From a bacterium (GTDB lineage: Bacteria > SAR324 > NAC60-12), in NCBI GenBank assembly GCA_965233585.1, contig CBDDTI010000747.1, positions 736,001 to 800,000 of the forward strand: 64,000 bases of DNA, given 5' to 3'. Each line of letters begins with the position of its first letter. Position 1 is the stretch's first letter. Made by a program: the position numbers and the translations under genes. Below, one piece after another: positions 30,797-37,716 of this stretch. The notes under the pieces were generated by a model. That model searched no databases. It worked only from the letters and a program-made list of their open reading frames with translations, and was not told the DNA's origin.

Positions 30797-31807
30797 ATGA
30801 AACATCTTTTTTTAGACCCGGATTACTGGAAAACTGCAACTGTGGCTTCTATCAAACAAGACCTTGCCAACGGGGCAGATTTAGAAATACAAGACCCACT
30901 CGGCTTGACTCCTTTGCACTTGGCAGCGACTTATAATGGACAGGAAGTGCTGAAGTTTCTCATCAACAACGGGGCAGATGTCAATGCAAGAACCAAAGAC
31001 GGCTTGACTCCTTTGCAAGCCGCTGCCTTTAACACTGGCACAGTAGAAGTGTTACAAGTTCTCATCAACAACGGGGCAGATGTCAATGCACAAACCCAAA
31101 ACGATATGACTCCTTTGCACGCAGCGGCTAGAAATAATCCCAATGCAGAAGTGGTGCAAGTTCTCATCAACAACGGGGCAGATGTCAATGCACGAGACAA
31201 CTACAGAGCGACTCCTTTGCACTTGGCAGCTGACAATAACCCCAATGTGGAAGTGGTGCAAGTGTTGCTTACCAACTGGGCAGATGTCAATGCACAAATC
31301 CAACAGAACAGCTACACTCCTTTACACTTGGCAGCTAGAAATAATCCCAATGCAGAAGTGGTGCAAGTGTTGCTTACCAACTGGGCAGATGTCAATGTAC
31401 AAGACGACGACAGCTACACTCCTTTGCACTTGGCAGCTAGAGATAATCCCAATGCAGAAGTATTGCAAGTTCTCATCAACAACGGGGCAGATGTCAATGT
31501 ACAAGACAAAGGCAACTGGACTCCTCTGCACTTCGCAGCGACATATAACCCCAAAGTAGAAGTGTTGGAGTTGTTGTTGAAGAATGGAGCGAATCTGGAA
31601 ACACGAACTGAAGGAGGCTGGACTCCTTTGCACTTAGCAGCTGGTGGGAACCCCAAAGTAGAAGTGTTGGAGTTGTTGTTGAAGAGTGGAGCAAATGTGA
31701 ATGCACGAGACGAAAACGGCAGGATTCCTTTGGACTTGATGGAGTATAACGAAAAATTGAAAGGCAGTGAGGTGTATTGGAAGTTGCACGATGCCAAATA
31801 CAATTAG
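30797..31807 (+). CDS. Ankyrin-repeat protein 1 (8 repeats plus caps, no signal peptide)
   Basis: TPLHxAA..GADVNA repeats; N-cap FLDPDYWKTAT; C-cap NEKLKGSEVYWKLHDAKYN. Confidence 0.95.
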   Translation: MKHLFLDPDYWKTATVASIKQDLANGADLEIQDPLGLTPLHLAATYNGQEVLKFLINNGADVNARTKDGLTPLQAAAFNTGTVEVLQVLINNGADVNAQTQNDMTPLHAAARNNPNAEVVQVLINNGADVNARDNYRATPLHLAADNNPNVEVVQVLLTNWADVNAQIQQNSYTPLHLAARNNPNAEVVQVLLTNWADVNVQDDDSYTPLHLAARDNPNAEVLQVLINNGADVNVQDKGNWTPLHFAATYNPKVEVLELLLKNGANLETRTEGGWTPLHLAAGGNPKVEVLELLLKSGANVNARDENGRIPLDLMEYNEKLKGSEVYWKLHDAKYN

Positions 31808-31873
31808 TGGGTGATGGTCTTGAGTCAAAAACATCACTCCTCAAAGGACTTTTTTTTGAGAGCTTTGAGGGAG
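31808..31873 (+). terminator. Two consecutive hairpins after ankyrin gene 1
   Basis: GTGATG...CATCAC, then CTCCTCAAAG...CTTTGAGGGAG. Confidence 0.45.
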
Positions 31874-31978
31874 GCAATCCATCAATTCCTAATCTTGACC
31901 AAATGACAAAAACGATCCATTTTTGAATTTCCAAACCTCCCTGTTTTTGTTAGACTGACCTTTTTCAAGGAATTTTTT

Positions 31979-32290
31979 ATGCCTATCGCCATCAATACAC
32001 TGGAATATGCCCGCTTGCTGATAGATTCAGGAGTAGAACAAAAACAAGCAGAAGCCCATGCTCTTACACTGGATAAAACGCTTAAAGAACATGTTCCCAG
32101 CAAAGAAGAACTCAAAGAAAGTCTTAAATCAGAGCTAGCAACTAAAGAAGACATCAGGCTTGTTAAAGAAGATATCAGGCTTGTTAAGATTGAGTTGAAC
32201 TCTAAAATAGACTCAACTCGTTGGTTACTAGGAGTTGTCATTTCACTCAATTTAGTGATGCTAGGAGTCATGTTGAGTCAGTTTTATTAA
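31979..32290 (+). CDS. DUF1640/CCDC90-like coiled-coil protein with C-terminal TM anchor
   Basis: NTLEYARLL..G....QAEA head, LATKED, 21-bp tandem repeat encoding KEDIRLV twice, terminal TM segment; RBS AAGGA. Confidence 0.8.
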   Translation: MPIAINTLEYARLLIDSGVEQKQAEAHALTLDKTLKEHVPSKEELKESLKSELATKEDIRLVKEDIRLVKIELNSKIDSTRWLLGVVISLNLVMLGVMLSQFY

Positions 32291-32358
32291 GAGCATCACC
32301 TCTTTTAATCCTATCTCCAAACTCAATTTTCCAATACCCACACCAACAATTTTGCCCT

Positions 32359-32649
32359 ATGTTTTTTAAAATAGAGGGGATTGATTTACAAGACCTAGAT
32401 TATCGCAAACGGAATCGGTCAATTCAAAGAGTCGGGGATTTTTATCGCCTCAATTTGGAGGCAAGAGGTATCAAAGACCGAGACACTGCTGTTCAGGTAG
32501 GTCTAAAAAGTGGCTGTTTGGACATCTCTCCATCAAGTCACCAGATGCCACACCTTCCAATAATTTTGTCTGAAGAATTAGGAAGGCGTGAGTTTTCAGA
32601 ATCTTCTAACCCTGATGTAGTGAAGCCACAAAAAAGACAACAAGCATGA
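32359..32649 (+). CDS. Possible small hypothetical ORF or decayed gene
   Basis: 96-aa open frame from ATG 32359; no recognisable family. Confidence 0.3.
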   Translation: MFFKIEGIDLQDLDYRKRNRSIQRVGDFYRLNLEARGIKDRDTAVQVGLKSGCLDISPSSHQMPHLPIILSEELGRREFSESSNPDVVKPQKRQQA

Positions 32650-32715
32650 CCCCTTCATTTTTCAACAAAGCATGACTCCTTCAATTCATTCACCCTTGAT
32701 TCATTAAAAGAAAAC

Positions 32716-33495
32716 ATGACGCATTTATCCTGCAACAAAATAACAATCCTTGCCTTCACCTTAGCAGTGATTCCTTTACAAACTCTATTGGCACAACAAT
32801 TCTTAAACCCTGTTTATTGGCAGACTGCTACAGTGGCGTCAGTGAAGCAACAGCTTGCCAAAGGAACAGATGTGAATGCACGAGACAAAGACGGCTTGAC
32901 TCCTTTGCACTTGGCAGCTTTAAACAACCCCAATAAAGAAGTGTTGGAGGTGTTGCTTGACAGAGGAGCGGAGCTGGAAGCACGGTCTGAAGGAGGATTC
33001 ACTCCTTTGCATTTAGCAGCTTTAAACAATCCCAATGAAGAAGTGTTGCAGATTTTGCTTGACAGAGGAGCAGAGCTGATACCACAAACTCAAGACGGTT
33101 GTACTCCTTTGCACTTTGCAGCTTGGAATAACCCCAATGAAGAAGTGTTGCAGATTTTGCTTGACAGAGGAGCAGATTTACACGCACGAACTCAAGCAGG
33201 CAGCACTCCTTTGCATTTGGCTGCTAGGCATCAGTCTAGGGCAGAAATGTTACAGATTCTACTTGACAGAGGAGCAGATTTACACGCACGAGACAAAAGC
33301 GGCTGGACTCCTTTGCACTCTGGGGCTAGGGATAGCGATAAAGCAGAAGTGTTAGAATTGTTATTGAAGAACGGGGCAAATTTAGAAGCACGAACCAAAG
33401 AAGGCTTGACTCCTTTGGATTTGATGGAAGAAAATGAAAACTTGAAAGGCAGTGAAATTTATCGGAAGTTGCACGATGCCAAATACAATCGCTGA
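32716..33495 (+). CDS. Ankyrin-repeat protein 2 (signal peptide, 5 repeats plus caps)
   Basis: Hydrophobic leader ending LLA-QQ; same caps as gene 1. Confidence 0.95.
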   Translation: MTHLSCNKITILAFTLAVIPLQTLLAQQFLNPVYWQTATVASVKQQLAKGTDVNARDKDGLTPLHLAALNNPNKEVLEVLLDRGAELEARSEGGFTPLHLAALNNPNEEVLQILLDRGAELIPQTQDGCTPLHFAAWNNPNEEVLQILLDRGADLHARTQAGSTPLHLAARHQSRAEMLQILLDRGADLHARDKSGWTPLHSGARDSDKAEVLELLLKNGANLEARTKEGLTPLDLMEENENLKGSEIYRKLHDAKYNR

Positions 33496-33552
33496 CACGA
33501 GGGTCTTGGCTTAAAACAAACTTTCTTTTTGAAAACTTTCAAGAACAACCTC

Positions 33553-33600
33553 TTCAAAGAATTGATTGATTATTTTACCTCACTTTTCTAACCTAGTCTG
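33553..33600 (+). repeat. Conserved 48-bp intergenic element, copy 1
   Basis: 41/48 identical to 34556-34603. Confidence 0.85.
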
Positions 33601-33682
33601 CTTTGACAAAATCCCTTTGTCACTTGAATGCTAAACACAGAATCCCAAAATCATTAAACTTTGATTCATTAAGAAGAAAAAC

Positions 33683-34486
33683 ATGACGCATTTTTTAGAC
33701 CTTGATTATTGGCGGACTGCCACAGTGGCATCAGTCAAACAACAGCTTGACAACGGAACAGATCTGGAGGCACGAGATGAGGAAGGCGGGACGCCTTTGC
33801 ACTTCGCAGCTGCTAAGAGCGAGAAAGCAGAAGTGTTGCAGTTGTTGATAGACAACGGAGCAAATGTGAATGCACTAGAAAAAGACGACTGGACGCCTTT
33901 GCACTCTGGGGCTGAGGGTAACCCCAATGTGGAAGTGTTGGAGGTGTTGATAGACAACGGAGCAAATGTGAATGCACGAGACAAACACGGCTTGACGCCT
34001 TTGCACGCAGCGGCTGGGAGTAATGAAAAAGCAGAGGTGTCAGGGTTTTTAATAGCCAACGGAGCCAATCTGGATGTCAAACACAAAAGGGGAGGGACGC
34101 CTTTGCACTTTGCCGCTCTTGGCAACGTAGGAGCAGAAGTTTTGCAGGTGTTGATAGACAATGGGGCAAATCTGGAGGCAAAAGACCAAAGTGGAGGGAC
34201 ACCTTTGCACATAGCCGCTTCTAGTAACACCCAATTAGAAGTGTTTCAGGTGTTGATAAAGAGTGGAGCGAATCTGGAGGCAACAAACAAAAAAAGAGGA
34301 ACGCCTTTGCACATGGCAGCTGGACTGACCTGCAAAGAGGAAGTGCTGCAGTTTTTGATAGACAACGGGGCAAACCTGAAGGCACGGTCTATCTCAGGAG
34401 AGACGCCTTTGGACGTGCTAGAACGTAATGACAAATTGAAAGGCACTGCAATTTATTGGCAGCTGCAAAATGCCAGACACAACTGA
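33683..34486 (+). CDS. Ankyrin-repeat protein 3 (6 repeats plus caps, no signal peptide)
   Basis: FLDLDYWRTAT N-cap; TPLH repeats; NDKLKGTAIYWQL C-cap. Confidence 0.95.
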   Translation: MTHFLDLDYWRTATVASVKQQLDNGTDLEARDEEGGTPLHFAAAKSEKAEVLQLLIDNGANVNALEKDDWTPLHSGAEGNPNVEVLEVLIDNGANVNARDKHGLTPLHAAAGSNEKAEVSGFLIANGANLDVKHKRGGTPLHFAALGNVGAEVLQVLIDNGANLEAKDQSGGTPLHIAASSNTQLEVFQVLIKSGANLEATNKKRGTPLHMAAGLTCKEEVLQFLIDNGANLKARSISGETPLDVLERNDKLKGTAIYWQLQNARHN

Positions 34487-34555
34487 TGAACAGCAACCTT
34501 GAATCACACATCACCCCTATTTCAAAAATTCATAGTCAAATGTTTCAAGAATGGA

Positions 34556-34603
34556 TTCAAAGAATTGATGGATTTCTTTATCTCATTTTTCTAGCCCAGT
34601 CTG
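34556..34603 (+). repeat. Conserved 48-bp intergenic element, copy 2
   Basis: 41/48 identical to 33553-33600. Confidence 0.85.
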
Positions 34604-34638
34604 TTCTTGAAGATTGAAAATGCTCAAATGATTGTCCT

Positions 34639-34666
34639 TTGCAACATCAGCAAATCCTGTTACAAT
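34639..34666 (+). promoter_or_regulatory. Putative promoter of ankyrin gene 4
   Basis: TTGCAA-16 nt-TACAAT with an extended -10 (TGtTACAAT). Confidence 0.45.
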
Positions 34667-34713
34667 TTGCAGTCTTCAAAATCATTAAACCTTGATTCCT
34701 CAAAAGCAAAAAC

Positions 34714-35622
34714 ATGACGCCTTCATCTTTCAGCAGAACATTCAATAAATCATTGTTTTTCCTCTTCACCCTATTAGTCATTCCTTTCCAAATCCTATTG
34801 GCACAACAATTTTTAAATTTTAGCTATTGGCAGACTGCGACAGCAGCGTCAGTCAAACAAGACCTTGCCAATGGAGCGAGTCTTGAGGTACAAGATAAAG
34901 ACGGCTGGACTCCTCTGCACTATGCGGCGATGTATCACCCCAAAGCAGAAGTGTTGAAGGTGTTGCTTGCCAATGGGGCAAATGTGAATGCACGGGCTAA
35001 AGACAGTGGGACTCCTTTGCACTATGCCGCTTTAAATAATCCCCAAGCGGAAGTGCTAAAGGTGTTGCTAGAAAATGGAGCAGAGCTGGAAGCACGAACT
35101 GAAACAGGAGAGACGCCTTTGCACGCAGCAGCTAGGTATAGCGAACAGCCAGAAGTGTTGAAGGTGTTGCTAGAAAGTGGAGCGAATTTGGAAGCACGTG
35201 ATGAAAACGGCTGGACTCCTTTGCATGCAGCAGCTAGGTATAATGTCAACCCAGAAGTGTTGAAAGTGTTGCTAGGAAATGGAGCAAATCTGGAGGCACG
35301 AACTCAAGACAGCTTGACTCCTTTGCACCATGCGGCTTTAAATCCCCAAGCAGAAGTATTGAGTGCGTTGATAGCTAATGGGGCGAATTTGGAAGCACGT
35401 AGTGAAAACGACTGGACTCCTTTGCACTATGCGGCTGGATTGAGTTCCAAAGAAGAAGTATTGAAGTTTTTGATAGCCAGAGGAGCAAATCTGGAAGTAC
35501 GAACCAAAGAAGGTTGGACTATTTTAGATTTGATAAAGAACAATGAAAACTTGAAAGGCAGTGAGATTTATCTGAAGTTGTTGAGTTTGAATCAAGTGCC
35601 AACGTCATCCCAAGGGTATTGA
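34714..35622 (+). CDS. Ankyrin-repeat protein 4 (signal peptide, 6 repeats plus caps)
   Basis: Leader ending LLA-QQ; TPLH repeats; 3' end overlaps the convergent gene by 31 nt. Confidence 0.95.
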   Translation: MTPSSFSRTFNKSLFFLFTLLVIPFQILLAQQFLNFSYWQTATAASVKQDLANGASLEVQDKDGWTPLHYAAMYHPKAEVLKVLLANGANVNARAKDSGTPLHYAALNNPQAEVLKVLLENGAELEARTETGETPLHAAARYSEQPEVLKVLLESGANLEARDENGWTPLHAAARYNVNPEVLKVLLGNGANLEARTQDSLTPLHHAALNPQAEVLSALIANGANLEARSENDWTPLHYAAGLSSKEEVLKFLIARGANLEVRTKEGWTILDLIKNNENLKGSEIYLKLLSLNQVPTSSQGY

Positions 35623-36896
35623 ATCCAAAGCGTGGTTGAGGTGCCTTCATCGCCAAATCCGACGTCCAAACGATAGACAAATCCAGAGCCTGTCACGACA
35701 CGAATACCGCTTCCCACAGAATATCGCCTTTCCTGCCAAAGGTCTGATGGTTCTTCTGAAACGGTGCCTTCTTCATAAAAGAAAGGGATTTGCACGTTAG
35801 AACGTACATCTTTCATAAACCAGATGTCATAAGGCGTGTTTTCATCAGTTAAATTCCAACGGAACTCAAAGGCTCTAAATTCACTATGCCCCCCAGAAAA
35901 ACGTCCACCGGGATAAGACCTGAGCCTCTCACGCCCGCCAAGTGCTGTGGCTCTGCCATGTTTATTCTCAATCGCCGTGGCTTCTGCTTGCTTCTCCAAC
36001 TCCTCATCATCACAACTGGCACCACAGTCAAGCTCTTCTTTCAGCTTCTTCAAGGCTTCATCTTTGTCAGTTATCCCTTCTCTTGTGACAAAAAAATCTG
36101 AACGAAAATAATTTAAAACCAGAGTGCTATTGGTCAATAACGGAATGTATCCAGAGATGTTGATGTCTGCCTTGTAGCCGTCTGACAAATCTTTGTCAGA
36201 TTGTTCAACCTCATCGCCTCGCCAGTAATTAGCACGGAATCCTTTCCGCGGGTCAGCTCGGTCATCAGTCAAATCTACAAGAACAGAAGACACCCTTGAG
36301 ATAAACTTATCGGCTGCTTTGTCATCAGAAAACTCTCCAATGAGTTCAGCCTCATTGTCCCGCAGTGCTTTGAGTTTTGACTCTCCTGTAAAGTAAATAC
36401 GGAAGAAAGAAAGCCTTCTTTCAAAAAACTCCAAATGTAAAGTGGCTCCTTCAAATTTAGAATCTGCAAGTTCGCTAATCAAAAAATCATCAGCTTTGTT
36501 GTCTGCACCCATGCCCCGTTTGGGATAAGTCCGAAAAGCCGCTTTGGTGGCAACACCATTGACATAACTGATAGACAGAAACTTTGGAAACAAATAAAGG
36601 TCTTTGACAATGACAACTGCTGAGTCAATATCACCTGCAATCGTTTTGATTGCAAAAAGGTCAGTTGGTGTTTCATACGAAAAAAATGGAATATTATTGA
36701 CGCCAGCAGTCAAGGCAAGTCCAGAACCGATGCCAGGCAATGAATAGGGTGCAGGAAGAATGAGGTATCCAAGTTCTGTGGAAAACTGTTCTTTTCGCCT
36801 TTCTGGAACAAGGTCAACTGCTAAAACAGAAGAGGCGACAACCAAAGCAGCCAAAGCACTGATGAGCAATTGTTTAAACACACTTTTTTTAAACAC
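35592..36896 (-). CDS. Omp85 (BamA/TamA)-family outer-membrane beta-barrel without evident POTRA domains
   Basis: Signal peptide; D.RADPRKG; LGG.ERLRSY...RF loop-6 motif; terminal amphipathic strands (GSGIR, YRLDVGFG). Confidence 0.75.
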   Translation of the reverse strand: MFKKSVFKQLLISALAALVVASSVLAVDLVPERRKEQFSTELGYLILPAPYSLPGIGSGLALTAGVNNIPFFSYETPTDLFAIKTIAGDIDSAVVIVKDLYLFPKFLSISYVNGVATKAAFRTYPKRGMGADNKADDFLISELADSKFEGATLHLEFFERRLSFFRIYFTGESKLKALRDNEAELIGEFSDDKAADKFISRVSSVLVDLTDDRADPRKGFRANYWRGDEVEQSDKDLSDGYKADINISGYIPLLTNSTLVLNYFRSDFFVTREGITDKDEALKKLKEELDCGASCDDEELEKQAEATAIENKHGRATALGGRERLRSYPGGRFSGGHSEFRAFEFRWNLTDENTPYDIWFMKDVRSNVQIPFFYEEGTVSEEPSDLWQERRYSVGSGIRVVTGSGFVYRLDVGFGDEGTSTTLWIQYPWDDVGT

Positions 36897-37132
36897 CTCT
36901 GAATCCTCAAATAAAATAGGAAGTTAGAAAGATACACAGGATATACTCTATTTTTGAATCCTGCAACTCCAAATAAAATAAGGATTAAAGTGGGAGTGAA
37001 TGAGAAGACCTAAAAGCGGAAAGCCGAGCTGTTGTTGAAAATACTGACTTCTGATTGACTAGAAAACTGAGTTTGTGGTTTAAATCAGCAGATTCAATGA
37101 AAAATTATTTGTCAGGCTGGTAAGTTTAATAC

Positions 37133-37489
37133 TTACTCTTCGTTGACGGTCAATTTGATTGTGACAGAATCTGATGTCGGCATGGGTAAAATGATGGGAA
37201 AAGTGGGCGGGTCAGTCGTGACAACCACTTTGACAGTAAATTCTCCTGGGTCTTCAAAAATAAATTCACATGTGACTTTTTGGGAACAACGTGTTTCTAG
37301 TTCTTCTTCAAGATACCAAGAAATACTGTCAAATTGAGAATGTTTTGCAGAAAGAATCGTTTCTTCACCTACCAGTAACTGAGTTGTTGAGGCACTGACT
37401 TCTGCCACTGCACGATTGCGATTGCCACAAGAAATCATGAAGAATGTAATCAGTAAAAAAAAAGTATTTTGCTTAAAAGATTTTTTCAT
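37133..37489 (-). CDS. Small lipoprotein with a PKD/Ig-like domain
   Basis: MKK..FFMIS-C lipobox; SW.....F..PGEFTVKV PKD-like pattern; ATG 37489 preferred. Confidence 0.7.
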   Translation of the reverse strand: MKKSFKQNTFFLLITFFMISCGNRNRAVAEVSASTTQLLVGEETILSAKHSQFDSISWYLEEELETRCSQKVTCEFIFEDPGEFTVKVVVTTDPPTFPIILPMPTSDSVTIKLTVNEE

Positions 37490-37551
37490 CAGAAAGATTG
37501 AATTGATGGTATTGAAACCTTGCAAGTGGTTTGCCTTGGTTTTAAAAATTC

Positions 37552-37580
37552 TTGCGATTTTTCCAAAGATTGACTACTTT
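37552..37580 (+). promoter_or_regulatory. Putative promoter of SRP RNA/dnaX
   Basis: TTGCGA-17 nt-TACTTT ending 10 nt before the SRP RNA stem. Confidence 0.5.
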
Positions 37581-37590
37581 ATTAGGCTTT

Positions 37591-37687
37591 GGTCAGAGTC
37601 TTGTGCAATGGCTCTCTTTGAACCGCGTCAGATCTTAACGGAAGCAGCGCTAAGAAGTTTTGAGCGATGTGCCACTTGGCTTTGACC
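37591..37687 (+). ncRNA. ffs: Small bacterial SRP RNA (4.5S)
   Basis: GAACCGCGTCAGATCT-TAAC-GGAAGCAGCGCTAAG matches the domain IV motif; terminal stem GGTCAGAGTC/GGCTTTGACC; lies just upstream of dnaX, a common location. Confidence 0.9.
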
Positions 37688-37716
37688 TTTTCTCTACCAA
37701 TGACCCTTCTTCTATT

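Noticed and set aside
31808..34713. Ankyrin genes as integron cassettes
   Set aside because: The intergenic hairpins lack paired RYYYAAC/GTTRRRY boxes.
30797..35622. Diversity-generating retroelement acting on the ankyrin or RCC1 repeats
   Set aside because: No reverse transcriptase in the window, no non-coding template repeat, and the differences are not confined to adenines.
37455..37463. Phase-variable T9 tract in the lipoprotein signal sequence
   Set aside because: Runs of 8-9 A/T also occur in housekeeping genes of this AT-rich window (e.g. pgi), so it is not distinctive.
37660..37716. N-terminal extension of DnaX in the ORF track
   Set aside because: It overlaps the SRP RNA; the conserved start is MAYLVLARK at 37717.
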